Below, piece by piece: positions 1 to 10,207 of a stretch of DNA of 64,000 nt. The notes under the pieces were generated by a model. It did no database searches. It saw only the letters and a list, made by a program, of their open reading frames with translations, and had not been told where the DNA came from. The translations under genes were made by a program, and so were the position numbers. Every line of letters starts with the position of its first letter. Position 1 is the stretch's first letter. The stretch lies in sequence record PP496444.1; one strand, given 5' to 3'.

Positions 1-1017
1 TCGTACCGGTGTGATCTTGACGCGGGGCTTGAGTGTCCCGTATCTTGATTCGTTCCACTGGACCAGCTCGACCGTTGCCGTTGCCACCTCTGACATCAGT
101 GCGGACTTGAAGGCGAACTGATAGTCCGGGTTACCTGCGCTCGACGGAATACGACCCACCTTGGTCGTGGACACGATCACGCCGTCCATCTCGTATATCG
201 ACTTCTTGCGCCGGTCCAGCAGATACGTGGTCAGCTCATTGATGTCCAGCCGCAGCACCTTCTTGACCGTGGGGATCAGGAAGCCCATGGCCTTGAGTTT
301 GGCGAACTGCTTGTCCACGTCCATGGCAGGCTTGACGATCTGGTACATGACCACTTTGATCTTCTTGCCTTTGAATACTGGCGGAATGATCTTGCTGTTC
401 GCGGCACCGGCCACCAGATTGCGTGGGTTGGCAAAGTCATCCTTGAACTGCTCGAAGGTGGCCACCGGCATGATCAGCTCGCCCCTGCCTTGCCAGCCAT
501 TGGGAATCGGTGGCAGGTCCAGATAAGGCGCCACGTGGCTGATGTCCAAGCCTTGGTTACCATCGCCACGGGTGTACAGCCCCGGCTTCTTGGGATTGGC
601 TGTCCCTTTGATGCCGATGGAGATACCGTCCAACTTGTCCGACAGCACATAAGGGCCTGGGTTAGCCACGGCCCAGCGCTGGATGGACTTCTCATCCAGA
701 TACTTGTTCATGCTGCCCATACCGAACGGGAGCGATGTCTTGTTCAGCTCGTTGGACTGCGAACCCACCTGATACAGCTTCTTGTCCACGGTGAGGATTA
801 CGGTCTCGTACTTGTTGAACTCCTCATCCGTCACGACAGGCACACCGGCGTAGTAGGCGTCTTTCAACAATCCGTAGGCTTCAGCCAGTTGCTTCTTGGG
901 TACGGACTTCGCCGCTTCCACCTGCATGGCTTTATTAGCCGTGTGGATAATACCGAACACGAAGTCTTTCAGTTCTTGGCGACCTTTTTTGGTGCCTATG
1001 GTGAACTTGGTCGCCAT
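1..1017 (-). CDS. ligA: NAD-dependent DNA ligase, 5' part (runs off the window edge; absent from the ORF track)
   Basis: Manual translation from ATG at 1017 (AAGGA RBS): AYYAG..V.DEEF, SDKLDG (catalytic KxDG), YTRGDG, RGELIM, ANPRNLVAG, YEMDG, QFAFK, and the start of the OB fold (VQWNESRYGTLKP). Confidence 0.95.
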   Translation of the reverse strand, partial: MATKFTIGTKKGRQELKDFVFGIIHTANKAMQVEAAKSVPKKQLAEAYGLLKDAYYAGVPVVTDEEFNKYETVILTVDKKLYQVGSQSNELNKTSLPFGMGSMNKYLDEKSIQRWAVANPGPYVLSDKLDGISIGIKGTANPKKPGLYTRGDGNQGLDISHVAPYLDLPPIPNGWQGRGELIMPVATFEQFKDDFANPRNLVAGAANSKIIPPVFKGKKIKVVMYQIVKPAMDVDKQFAKLKAMGFLIPTVKKVLRLDINELTTYLLDRRKKSIYEMDGVIVSTTKVGRIPSSAGNPDYQFAFKSALMSEVATATVELVQWNESRYGTLKPRVKITPVR

Positions 1018-1028
1018 CTGGATCGTCC

Positions 1029-1622
1029 TTATATGGGAATGGTGTCTATGTCAGCGAATCGCTGCATGCACCACTTGACGTAGGGTTTAACCTGCTCTGG
1101 CCATCGCTTCGTATACCCACGGGCGTACAACTCTACCATGCCGGGCACAGCTTCATAGTAGTTGCCGAAGGGATAAACGTCGAAGTTCTTGAGTTTCAAG
1201 CCGAGCAGCTGCATCAGTAATTTACCGTTCTGGATAGTCGTGGCATACGCCGGATTATCGTAGGTAAACCCCTTACGCCATTCGTTGAACTTCGGGTCTT
1301 GCGGGTTCTGGCCGAGCAGGGATAGCAGCAGGTCACCACTACGCAGTTGTTGCAGTGTCGTTCCCTCTTTCTCCAGCAGCGCGTGCGTGCACTCATGCAG
1401 CAGAGTGGCCCATGCTTTCGGCTCGGTGAAGAAGGAGTCCCGGAGTAGGCAGGTGCCGCCGGTGAATGAAGCGGTAGGTTGGCCTTTGCCCGGAATCAAC
1501 GTGAAGGTGTGAGTCCGTGCATAGCCATAGACGGGCGCCCGCATGTTCTGCGGCATCTTGTCGATGATCTTCAGTAACGCCGAGTTGTCAACCTCATTCC
1601 CGCTTCGATCCACCGTCGTCAC
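1029..1622 (-). CDS. Putative zincin-like metallopeptidase
   Basis: LLHECTHALL (HExxH) motif; coupled to neighbouring genes. Confidence 0.45.
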   Translation of the reverse strand: MTTVDRSGNEVDNSALLKIIDKMPQNMRAPVYGYARTHTFTLIPGKGQPTASFTGGTCLLRDSFFTEPKAWATLLHECTHALLEKEGTTLQQLRSGDLLLSLLGQNPQDPKFNEWRKGFTYDNPAYATTIQNGKLLMQLLGLKLKNFDVYPFGNYYEAVPGMVELYARGYTKRWPEQVKPYVKWCMQRFADIDTIPI

Positions 1623-2185
1623 TTTGGGACTTCGGCAATCTCCATCAGGTGTGCCACTTCCGCGAACTTCTCCGCAGTAGCGAGAGCCGACATGCGTTCC
1701 CGGTACAGCTGAATCTCGATAGGTTCCTCCAGCTCTTTCAGGAACTTTTCCAGCTTGGTTTTGAACCGCTCGGTATACGGCTTCTGGATGGTGATGTGTG
1801 CCTTGTAGTCCGGGAACGTCGGCGCTGCACCAATGCCCAGCAGCTGGTTGTGCAGGTCAGTCAGTTCCTTGCAGTTGACCAGCAGCACCAGAGTGTCTTC
1901 TTTGGGACCGAACACATCGACGCCAGTAACCTCAGCGGTGTACTTGTGCGAAGGGTTGAGCACACCTCGTGCGGCCGCATCGTCAATGGTGGCCGAAGAG
2001 TACATCACGGTGCAATGCAGCTCAGACATCGGGAACACGCCGGGCTCGTTGTCATACCCAGACTTGCTCAGGGTCATCAACATCTTGGCGAGGGTCAGCT
2101 TGGAGTCAGGATGAATCTTGACGTCCACGTACGAACCCTCTTTGGTCAGTGACCGGGCCAGCTCCATGGTCTTAACTGTTTTCAT
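1619..2185 (-). CDS. acb1: 2H phosphoesterase, T4 gp57B/Acb1 (anti-CBASS nuclease)-like
   Basis: Two HxT motifs (LHCTVMYS, YKAHITI); TLVLLV and LGAAPTFPDY resemble T4 57B TLVLVL and LGATHDFDDY; start set at the ATG with GAGGGG RBS. Confidence 0.75.
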   Translation of the reverse strand: MKTVKTMELARSLTKEGSYVDVKIHPDSKLTLAKMLMTLSKSGYDNEPGVFPMSELHCTVMYSSATIDDAAARGVLNPSHKYTAEVTGVDVFGPKEDTLVLLVNCKELTDLHNQLLGIGAAPTFPDYKAHITIQKPYTERFKTKLEKFLKELEEPIEIQLYRERMSALATAEKFAEVAHLMEIAEVPK

Positions 2186-2678
2186 TGGTGAACCCCTCAA
2201 GTGGGTATAGCGTAGCCGTGGACTTGTCCGGGTTGATCTGAATGTTCTCCGGGTTGACTTTCAGGTACTGCTTCAAGATCTTTTCGATCCGCAGCAAGTC
2301 AACGTCCTCTCCTTCCTTACTCTCTACCCACGGCAGCATCACGTAGGAGTACAGAGCGGGGTTGATCAGGACCACGTTGAAGAACGCAGTGATGGCATGG
2401 ATCAAGGTGTTGCCATCGTGTTTGTTGCTGGTCGGATCTCCTTCCTTGCTGCGGAGGATCACCTTGGGCTGGATAGTGTCGTAGGTGATGATCACCCCGA
2501 AACTGTCCGCCAAATCTGCTGGCACATTAACGCCTGCCGGGGCGCCGCGAGTCCAGAACGTAACGCGTGACTTGGTTCCGTCTGGGCGGTGGATTGTTGC
2601 CTTGGTGCAGTAGTCCGAGGACGTCCATAGGACCGGGTAGGTCGGCAGGATGTCCACCTGGGGGATAGACTTTATCAT
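2172..2678 (-). CDS. Hypothetical protein
   Basis: Co-oriented, overlapping operon gene; GAGG RBS before ATG 2678. Confidence 0.7.
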   Translation of the reverse strand: MIKSIPQVDILPTYPVLWTSSDYCTKATIHRPDGTKSRVTFWTRGAPAGVNVPADLADSFGVIITYDTIQPKVILRSKEGDPTSNKHDGNTLIHAITAFFNVVLINPALYSYVMLPWVESKEGEDVDLLRIEKILKQYLKVNPENIQINPDKSTATLYPLEGFTNENS

Positions 2679-2722
2679 GTTAGCCTCTAAGCCAACGGGG
2701 CCGCAAGGCCCCGTGCCGTTAT

Positions 2723-3868
2723 TCACCGTGGAATCAGAGGGCTCAGTTTAGTCATGGTGTCCGACAGCTCTTTCAGGACGAACGCCCGCTTGTCCTCCGG
2801 CAACTTCTTCATACCGGATTGGAGCGAGGCGATCACTGCGATTGCCATCCCCAGTTCTTCCTGATACCGTCCCGTCCGGCCTTGGCGTGCGCCGGATGTT
2901 TCGGTTTCCCCTTCATCTTCGATCAGCTTGTAGCCGCAGCGTTTGCACCACCGGGCGTCTTCAGGGTTGTTCTCCCCGCACCGGTCGCACTCCACTTCGT
3001 CTTCAGCTGGCGGACCGTCCAAGTCATCGCCTTCTTCCTCGATTTCCTCATCGGTCATCTCTTCCGGCGGTTCCTCTTCTTCGGTGTCGCTGTCCGAGTC
3101 AGCCGCTTCATCTTCCTCCGGGGCGTCTTCTTCCTCGGCGTCCGCATCCGCATCGGTGTCGTCGGTCTCGGTGTCGGACTCAGGATCATCCTCTTCCATT
3201 TCCGACTCCGGGTCCTCTTCGGTGGACGCTTCGTCCTCATCCGGCACTTCCACTTCATCCTTCTTAGCCTGCTTATCCTTGGCTTTGGTCAGATTCTTGG
3301 AAGCTTCCTGCTCTTCATCCGTCGGGCGGAACGTAGGATCATCCGCGTCGTCGGTAAGGTCAGGAACGTCGGTGTCCATCTTGATAGGACGTTCAACGAA
3401 GAACGGGGAGTCCTCAGAGTTACCGTAGGCACGCCCGTACCATGGACTGGCCTCGTCGAGGATGTCCGGGATCAGCGCCAGCTCAATCTCACCGGTGCCT
3501 TTCAGGTTACCTCGTGCACGACCCACGATGCCCACACCAGACTTGGTAGGGCGGAAGCTCTGAACCGAACCAGTGTCGTCCATGACTACGGAAGTCAGGT
3601 CAGCTGCAACCCGGCTTACTGTGCCCAGGTAGAACTCCGGGTTCGCCCAAGACTTACCCATGTTGACCAGTACACGTTCGCCTTTGTTGTAGCGAATGTA
3701 ATAGCCAACCTCCATGTTGCGGATGGACGCAGCCAGTGTGTGCACCTTGGTCCAGAAGTCCTTGCGTTGCTTGACCGGTACCTTAACGGCAGCGACCACT
3801 TTGTATTGCGTCGAGACGCGATCCAGCGCTTGGCGGAAGGCCGCGTCCGTGGGATTGGCCAGAGTCAT
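2723..3868 (-). CDS. Hypothetical protein with long Asp/Glu-rich tract and double zinc ribbon
   Basis: Acidic low-complexity region followed by CDRCG...WCKRCG. Confidence 0.75.
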   Translation of the reverse strand: MTLANPTDAAFRQALDRVSTQYKVVAAVKVPVKQRKDFWTKVHTLAASIRNMEVGYYIRYNKGERVLVNMGKSWANPEFYLGTVSRVAADLTSVVMDDTGSVQSFRPTKSGVGIVGRARGNLKGTGEIELALIPDILDEASPWYGRAYGNSEDSPFFVERPIKMDTDVPDLTDDADDPTFRPTDEEQEASKNLTKAKDKQAKKDEVEVPDEDEASTEEDPESEMEEDDPESDTETDDTDADADAEEEDAPEEDEAADSDSDTEEEEPPEEMTDEEIEEEGDDLDGPPAEDEVECDRCGENNPEDARWCKRCGYKLIEDEGETETSGARQGRTGRYQEELGMAIAVIASLQSGMKKLPEDKRAFVLKELSDTMTKLSPLIPR

Positions 3869-3869
3869 A

Positions 3870-4700
3870 TCATGCCACCGTCTGTTCGCTCAGCTGGTTG
3901 TCCAGGTCCATGTAGAACTGGGGATTGGCCTTGCACAACTCGCTGTAGTATTCCACAACGTCGCCCGAGTTGTCTTCGACCGGCATCGCGACGTTGGACA
4001 GCGTGTCGGCGCCTGCCAGTTGCACGATGGAGATCAGCTGACCACGGTGCACGGACTCGGTCTGCATGGTGTCCGTGGAGTAGATCGTGTCGGCAGTGAC
4101 CACGTAGCCGTAGTTCACCGAATCGGTCTCGGTGGAGTAGAACGAGGCGTACACCGCGTTGCGTGGATCAGGCATCACGTCGAGCAGTGGCAGGACGTCG
4201 GCCACATGCTTGGCGCCACGGTCTTCAACCGATGCCATGCTGACCAGATCAGCCAGTTGGTGGTTGGCAGCGCGGGACAGAGTGTGCGCACCGGACTCAG
4301 CGATGGTCAGGTCCCACAAGCTGTGGTCTACGTTGTCCATCATCACGTTGCCCGCCATCTCGCGATAACGTGCAGTCTCGGCGTTGGTGCCGATGTCGCC
4401 TTTGTCGATGGAGCGAATCTCACGGTTCACGGCGAGGAAGCCGCTGACTTCGATAGCCGAAGAATGGGCACCGCGACCGATCACGGTGAAAGACTCGGTG
4501 ACCGGGCTGACGCGATTGTCGAAAGCCTTGGCGATGGCTACGCGAGCCTCTTCCACGGACTTCGGTGTCTTACTGAACTTGCCGACGACGCGGGCCGTCG
4601 AATCGTTGATCACCAGAGCGCTGGTCACGCTGAACACGGGGGCCATGCCAGTCCGCATCTTAACGTGATCAGTGACTTTATTCATATCAAGACGTGCCAT
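3870..4700 (-). CDS. Hypothetical protein, probably virion-associated
   Basis: Operon position in the structural block; no recognisable motif. Confidence 0.6.
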   Translation of the reverse strand: MARLDMNKVTDHVKMRTGMAPVFSVTSALVINDSTARVVGKFSKTPKSVEEARVAIAKAFDNRVSPVTESFTVIGRGAHSSAIEVSGFLAVNREIRSIDKGDIGTNAETARYREMAGNVMMDNVDHSLWDLTIAESGAHTLSRAANHQLADLVSMASVEDRGAKHVADVLPLLDVMPDPRNAVYASFYSTETDSVNYGYVVTADTIYSTDTMQTESVHRGQLISIVQLAGADTLSNVAMPVEDNSGDVVEYYSELCKANPQFYMDLDNQLSEQTVA

Positions 4701-4719
4701 TTGTGTATCTCCTAGGGAG

Positions 4720-5442
4720 TTATCGAGGGTAATTGTTCAGTCGGGAATCCAGAGCGCCCCAGTAGGAACTCAAGGGACCAGCGGATACACCGGTTGCGCC
4801 GGGCACATGCTTGCGCCGACCTTTACCGTTGCCACCCGCCTCACTACCGTCACCGTTGGTAATCCCTACCCGGTTCAAATAGGTCTTGATGCTCTCGACG
4901 TTCGCTTGAATGTAATCCATCACACTCTGATCCTGCGACTCGAGGTATTGCGTCATGTCCATGGTCAACTGGACCGCCGCGCCTTGGTAATCGAACTGGG
5001 TTCGACCTTCGTCCATGTACATCGTTCTCAGGGCGACGTGCTCCGCGTACTTGATCCACAGAGCATAGATGGCGCCTTGAGCGTTGATCATCGAGAACCC
5101 GGTAGGGATGACCGCACCGTTGAACATGTCCCGACCTGCTTTGAGGCAGTTCAGGTAGTCCTCATCCGTGAACGCCAAGTCATCCAGACGGAGCTTGCTG
5201 TTGATCCGATTGGTGAACTGTCGCAGCTCATCTATCGCCGTCAACATCGACGGATTGATCATATACAGCCTCTGTGTACTGTAATTAGTGCTGCCTTGCT
5301 GCTTGTACACCACCTGATAGGGCTCGAAGTTGGGCAGCAGGGTATTAGCGGGCAGCACGGCTGACACCTTCCCATTCGCTGCAACGTCGGCCACCAGTGA
5401 CGACCTCAGCAAGTTGTCGAAGTAAACCTCGATGTTGATCAT
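4720..5442 (-). CDS. Putative head-tail connector/neck protein
   Basis: Size, helical pattern (FTDEDYLNCLKAGRDMFN) and context; weak family recognition. Confidence 0.4.
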   Translation of the reverse strand: MINIEVYFDNLLRSSLVADVAANGKVSAVLPANTLLPNFEPYQVVYKQQGSTNYSTQRLYMINPSMLTAIDELRQFTNRINSKLRLDDLAFTDEDYLNCLKAGRDMFNGAVIPTGFSMINAQGAIYALWIKYAEHVALRTMYMDEGRTQFDYQGAAVQLTMDMTQYLESQDQSVMDYIQANVESIKTYLNRVGITNGDGSEAGGNGKGRRKHVPGATGVSAGPLSSYWGALDSRLNNYPR

Positions 5443-6596
5443 ACGGGAACCTCCGGAAGTGCCGTGGTCAGTTCAATCACCTTGACCGGGGTAAGCGGCT
5501 GCACCTCCTGACCAGTTGCCGGTGGGTTCTCAATCGTTACGTACGCTTCGGCGAAAGGTCCCAGCGGATACGCGGTGTAGTAGAGCGGAAGGGTGAACTC
5601 TGCGAGGGACGAACTGATCACCACGGAGAACATTCGATCCGTGAAGTCGATACCCGCATGCCCGGAGCCGTCTGGCGTATTGCGCAGCTGCACGCCCAGA
5701 GTATAGGGTTCAACCATCATATCTTGGCCTACGGAGTCCATCACCGTGACCTTGAGCACTTCATCACCGGGTGATACCTTACCGAAGGACAAGGACAAGT
5801 AACGTGGCACTTCTTCATCCTCATGTGGCGTTCGGGCAATCAGACGAGTGCGCTCATCCGGGATACCTGTACCGACGGGTGCCTTGAACGTGAGCATGGC
5901 GTGATCGACGATGCCACTGGTTGCAGGCGAACTGACGTCCACGTTCTGGCTTGGCAAAATCAAGGAGGCCGTGAGCTTGAACGCCGGGATGGTCACACTG
6001 CCTTGGATCGAGTCGATGTAGCCCGAATCTGCCGGGGCGTCACCGGCCACCACGGGCGGCAACTGTCTGGCCGTGTAGTTCAGCACCAGGTCCTTGGAAT
6101 AGAACTGAGACAGCGCCAGCGTCAACTGAAACGGTTGACCTCGAATGACTTCCTGCGTCGCCGGGGCAATCACTCGCAGAGTAGTCGTGCTGGCATCTTG
6201 CGCATCGGTGAACGCCAGTGTCGTGGACAGCTCCACGTCTTGATTGAACAGGGCCACCAGTACCGAAGATCCGCCTTGTTCAATGTCTACCGTGACATCA
6301 ATCTCCGTGGACCCGTCTTCATCGATGCCGACCAACTCATCCTTGAGGAAGAAGTCAATCGTCAGCGAGTCATAGCTGGTGTCTGGGATCACGACGTTAG
6401 CCGTAACCTTGACCCGGTAGCGATTCCCCGCTGGCAGCTTCTTGACGGACGTGACCAGTGCTGGTTCTTCACCGGCCAGCAGTGCACCGTCTTCATCGTT
6501 GACTGCGTAGTGCACGTGCAGGCTGTCGCTGGGTTGCTTGTCGATCAGGAAGGTGTAACTGAGTGGGACAGTATCACCTATGGTGTATGTCGTCAT
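5439..6596 (-). CDS. Beta-rich (Ig-like) putative virion protein
   Basis: Alternating hydrophobic beta-strand pattern, Thr/Val/Pro-rich; structural context. Confidence 0.4.
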   Translation of the reverse strand: MTTYTIGDTVPLSYTFLIDKQPSDSLHVHYAVNDEDGALLAGEEPALVTSVKKLPAGNRYRVKVTANVVIPDTSYDSLTIDFFLKDELVGIDEDGSTEIDVTVDIEQGGSSVLVALFNQDVELSTTLAFTDAQDASTTTLRVIAPATQEVIRGQPFQLTLALSQFYSKDLVLNYTARQLPPVVAGDAPADSGYIDSIQGSVTIPAFKLTASLILPSQNVDVSSPATSGIVDHAMLTFKAPVGTGIPDERTRLIARTPHEDEEVPRYLSLSFGKVSPGDEVLKVTVMDSVGQDMMVEPYTLGVQLRNTPDGSGHAGIDFTDRMFSVVISSSLAEFTLPLYYTAYPLGPFAEAYVTIENPPATGQEVQPLTPVKVIELTTALPEVPV

Positions 6597-7030
6597 TGGC
6601 CTGGCTCCGGTAATGCAAAGACAATGGGAACCTCATGTTCCTCGGCCAGATCATTCAACGAGTACCGCACCAGCTCCTTGAGCCAGCGATAGGTCTTGCC
6701 GTTGAAGTAGCGGTATCGGCCTTCGATCAGGGTTGGCGTGTAGTCGGAGTTCAGGTCAGCGATGATGGTGTCCGTCATGTCACCAGTGTCTTCCCGCACT
6801 TGGCGGACAAGGATGCTGTGAAGAACCCATACGTTGTTGCTGTTCTTGTTGTCACCCAGCAGGACTAACTCGTCTGTGGGCAGTGCCAGTCCCTGTGCCA
6901 GATAGGTGGACACCGGGGCATGCGTGGGTGACTTGGCAAACGTCAGGCCGGGTAACCCGAACGACAAGGTTGTCGTTAAACGCCTCAAGTACTGAGGGCG
7001 GGTCAACGGCTGCGGGGCGATCTTGATCAT
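6593..7030 (-). CDS. Hypothetical protein
   Basis: ATGA-type overlaps with both neighbours. Confidence 0.65.
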   Translation of the reverse strand: MIKIAPQPLTRPQYLRRLTTTLSFGLPGLTFAKSPTHAPVSTYLAQGLALPTDELVLLGDNKNSNNVWVLHSILVRQVREDTGDMTDTIIADLNSDYTPTLIEGRYRYFNGKTYRWLKELVRYSLNDLAEEHEVPIVFALPEPGQ

Positions 7031-7782
7031 ACTAAATCATACCTCGACAGTTGATGAACCACCGACGCACCGATGCTGTTCAGGTTGATCCGGTCGCCCG
7101 GATGGAAGGCCCCTGCGTGTGTATACGCGGGCAGCAGATTGAGCCATGCGTGGCCCATCTCCGGCACGTAAGTCAGGATCAGTACGACCTGATTGAACGT
7201 GTGTTGGCCGGATGCCTCTTCGGGAAAGTTGATCTGATAGAACATGGTGAAGCGCGTGTGGTTACGATTGTTCAGCAGGTGATCCACGCTGCCATCCACA
7301 CTGATCGAGGTGAAGTGCTGGTTCAGGTAGCCGAGGACTTCCTGATTCAACCTGTTCAGCTCGGCGTTTTCCTCGTTCAGCAGATTGGTGTAGCAGTCCG
7401 CGATGGTGTCGATGATGTTCTTGCGCGTTGCACGCAGTCCCTTCTCGATGGTGTCAACCACCTTGTCGTTGTCCAGCCCGGTATACACGGAGTTCTCGGG
7501 CAGATGCTTGCGAACGTGGTTGCGCAACTGGGTCAGCAGAGTGAACGCGGAAGTCATCGAGGCCAGCTGGATGAACGCGGCGTCCGTGTTCCGGGTGGGG
7601 CCTTCGGGCAGCGTGGAGTCAATCACCTGAGTGTTGTGCCCCGGTTCCTCCACGTATGCCTGCAGCAGCGGATTGATTACGTCTTTGGTGATCGGATACT
7701 TCAACAACCCCTCAACCACACCCACTGCTTCGGGCAAGGTACGGATGTTGCCGATGCTTTCCATATCTACATGCTTAGTCAT
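7027..7782 (-). CDS. Hypothetical protein
   Basis: Coupled operon gene, typical codon usage. Confidence 0.65.
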   Translation of the reverse strand: MTKHVDMESIGNIRTLPEAVGVVEGLLKYPITKDVINPLLQAYVEEPGHNTQVIDSTLPEGPTRNTDAAFIQLASMTSAFTLLTQLRNHVRKHLPENSVYTGLDNDKVVDTIEKGLRATRKNIIDTIADCYTNLLNEENAELNRLNQEVLGYLNQHFTSISVDGSVDHLLNNRNHTRFTMFYQINFPEEASGQHTFNQVVLILTYVPEMGHAWLNLLPAYTHAGAFHPGDRINLNSIGASVVHQLSRYDLV

Positions 7783-7783
7783 A

Positions 7784-8950
7784 TCACAGGATTCCGTTGA
7801 ACACTTCCTGAGGTTGGATCAGCCGGGCTGTCAGCTCGATGAAGATCACGGTATCCCCTTTGGAATTGAGCTGGGGTCGAGAGCTAGTAACGTACCACAC
7901 TCTGTTGTATTTGAAGTCCCGGATCAGCGAATGCTTACCGATGTTCGAGACGTAGGAGGGAACACTCACCTCGATGTCCGGGCTGTCGTCGCCGGTGAGA
8001 GACTTGCTAAACGTTGACACGTCCACCTGCGGGAAGTCGATACGGACCCGCACACCTTGGCAGTCGAAGTTGGACTCGAAGTGCGTGAACTCTTCCTTGC
8101 ACGTGACCCGAAGGATGTGAGGCACACCGTCTGCCAAGTCGGCCAGTGACGCCAGCGGGGTAGCCACGTCTTCCACCACGGTTGCCAGCGTGAAGTCCTT
8201 GACCTCTTCCGTGTTGTTCATCAGCCGGTAGGTGAACATCTTGCCACCCTTCGGCACGATCATCTTGAAGTCAACGTAACCGCCGTCAACGTCTAGGGAC
8301 TCCAGTGCGAAAGAGTAGGGGCTGGCAATGGTGTTGACGCGGAAGTCCGACATCGCTACCTGATCACCCACAGTCAGCAGCAGGTGATACCCGCGATAGA
8401 TCGAGTAACCTTTGATGTAGCCAGTACTCAGGCATACACCGCATGTATTGCCGCCAGATTCGAGGAAGTCATCACCCATGAACTCTTCACCGAACGACAA
8501 CTCATCCTCTTCGTCGATATCGGTTTCGTCTTCATCAGTGAGTGGATCGTCCACAACCATAGTCTGGTCGAAGTCAACGTCACCCGCACGGAACGACTTG
8601 CGCTTCTTCAGGTCGTTAGCGGAGCCCCGGCCAACGTGTTCCACCTCTTGGGCTTCTTCCTTGGCATCTTCTTCGTCCAGTTCATCCGGGTTGTTGAAGA
8701 AGTTGTTGAGCTGGGCAGTACTCAGGTTGCCGTTCTTGTCCAGCAGCGGCGCACCTGACTGGCATGTGCAGCGGCGCCCGGCGCGAATGAATGGATAGAG
8801 GATGGCATCAATGCCAGATACCTCGATGGCAATGTCTGTCTCCTTCCTTTTACGCTCTTCGTAGTAGGCCACGCCTTGTTCCACGGGTGTCCGTAATCGT
8901 TGATTTCGGGCAGTGGAGACTTGCCGGGGCGAGGGTGTGTATCTAGGCAT
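7784..8950 (-). CDS. Putative head-completion/neck protein with Cys motifs
   Basis: RRCTCQ...CGVCLSTGY split zinc-like motif with an acidic insert; first gene of the leftward structural operon. Confidence 0.35.
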   Translation of the reverse strand: MPRYTPSPRQVSTARNQRLRTPVEQGVAYYEERKRKETDIAIEVSGIDAILYPFIRAGRRCTCQSGAPLLDKNGNLSTAQLNNFFNNPDELDEEDAKEEAQEVEHVGRGSANDLKKRKSFRAGDVDFDQTMVVDDPLTDEDETDIDEEDELSFGEEFMGDDFLESGGNTCGVCLSTGYIKGYSIYRGYHLLLTVGDQVAMSDFRVNTIASPYSFALESLDVDGGYVDFKMIVPKGGKMFTYRLMNNTEEVKDFTLATVVEDVATPLASLADLADGVPHILRVTCKEEFTHFESNFDCQGVRVRIDFPQVDVSTFSKSLTGDDSPDIEVSVPSYVSNIGKHSLIRDFKYNRVWYVTSSRPQLNSKGDTVIFIELTARLIQPQEVFNGIL

Positions 8951-8991
8951 GAAAACCTCACACTAATTACAAACATACCGGAAAATCAACG

Positions 8992-8997
8992 GTAAAT
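8992..8997 (+). promoter_or_regulatory. GTAAAT candidate phage promoter element (one of about 14 copies, see findings)
   Basis: Lies in the divergent intergenic region upstream of the RuvC-like gene. Confidence 0.5.
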
Positions 8998-9075
8998 GAT
9001 GGGTATAACGTCATATTCCGAATTAGCATCTTTTGTCCGGTTTCCTTACTACTCCAAAATCTAGGAACGGCTAGC

Positions 9076-9816
9076 ATGCACAGTCAAATAACGGAGGTTT
9101 ATTCGCTAGGATTTGACCCCGGAAAGAACAACTTCGCTTGGACCTTCACGCTGACTACCAACGTCGGTGGCAAGCTGGTTCCGCAGATCCTTGAAATGGG
9201 CTACGTCCTCAGTCCTTTGCAGAACCTGACCGAAGACAACCTGATGGAAGGCACCGAGCATTTCTTCTTCGACATGCGCATCCTCCTGCTCATGCTCATG
9301 CAGAAGTATGGCCGTATCGATATCGTTGTAGCGGAACGGTTCCAGGCCCGTGGGCAGAAAACCGGGACTACCAGTGAGGTGGTCAGCATGATGATCGGCC
9401 TACTGATCCGCTGCATCCGAGAGTGTCACATCAGTCCAGATGTTCGGTTGGTCATTGCCAGCAGCTGGAAGAACAGTTACAACCGATGCCTAGATGACAA
9501 GGAAGCATTGCGTACCGCCTACAAGCTGTGCCGTGCCGAGGCGCATGAACTCGACGCCAGCTTGATCTCCCTGTACGGAGCCAACAAGGTGATACAGCGC
9601 TCGCTTGAGTTGTCTGGGTCCAAACGCATCAAAGCATCTACCGCCCCGAACGTGTTCAAGTATTTCATCAGTGAGGTAGCCCGCGACTTGTGGCTGCACA
9701 TCGTGGAATGCAAGACCGGGGGTCAATTGGTTAACCGAAAGGCCAAGCGCAAATATCACGCTGAGGCACCGAATGAGCAAAGCCGAAAGAAGGCCGCAAG
9801 CCATAGTCCAGCTTGA
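9076..9816 (+). CDS. ruvC: RuvC-like Holliday junction resolvase
   Basis: LGFDPGKNNFAW (first Asp), VVAERFQ (Glu), AHELDAS (C-terminal Asp) RNase H-fold catalytic set. Confidence 0.75.
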   Translation: MHSQITEVYSLGFDPGKNNFAWTFTLTTNVGGKLVPQILEMGYVLSPLQNLTEDNLMEGTEHFFFDMRILLLMLMQKYGRIDIVVAERFQARGQKTGTTSEVVSMMIGLLIRCIRECHISPDVRLVIASSWKNSYNRCLDDKEALRTAYKLCRAEAHELDASLISLYGANKVIQRSLELSGSKRIKASTAPNVFKYFISEVARDLWLHIVECKTGGQLVNRKAKRKYHAEAPNEQSRKKAASHSPA

Positions 9817-10207
9817 TCAGGAACATGCCGTCCGAGATAGCATCCCTGAGAAGCTCGCTGTACAACGCCGACTGGAAGGTGAATTCCGCATCACCCACAT
9901 CCTGATCCTTGACCGGTACCTGGAGTGGTTGAAGGACCGCAACCTTCCAGTGTACCCCGACGAAGAGTTACACCCACTGGACAGCCTGTTCAGCGAATAC
10001 CCGTTCGACGGTGGGCACTTCCCCCAGAACTACAGCCTATTAATCGCAGCGTTCAGTAGAGAGTACTGGCGCATGTTCGTAGCAGAAACCGACATCGAAG
10101 CTGACCTGACTTCGGTGCTGGGGATACCGCCGAGATTGTTTCAGCAACTCAGCACGCTCAGGTTACAGCTAGTCCGCAGATACCACACTCCGACTCACCG
10201 CAAATGA
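9773..10207 (+). CDS. Hypothetical protein
   Basis: Overlaps ruvC and the next gene. Confidence 0.6.
   Translation: MSKAERRPQAIVQLDQEHAVRDSIPEKLAVQRRLEGEFRITHILILDRYLEWLKDRNLPVYPDEELHPLDSLFSEYPFDGGHFPQNYSLLIAAFSREYWRMFVAETDIEADLTSVLGIPPRLFQQLSTLRLQLVRRYHTPTHRK

Noticed and set aside
490-1083. Plus-strand 197-aa ORF and other short track ORFs in 161-1083
   Set aside because: Antisense to the real ligA frame, which the track missed because it runs off the window
3000-3300. Tandem DNA repeat or mobile element in the GAA/GAC-rich tract (also 18280-18570)
   Set aside because: Explained by Asp/Glu-rich coding sequence
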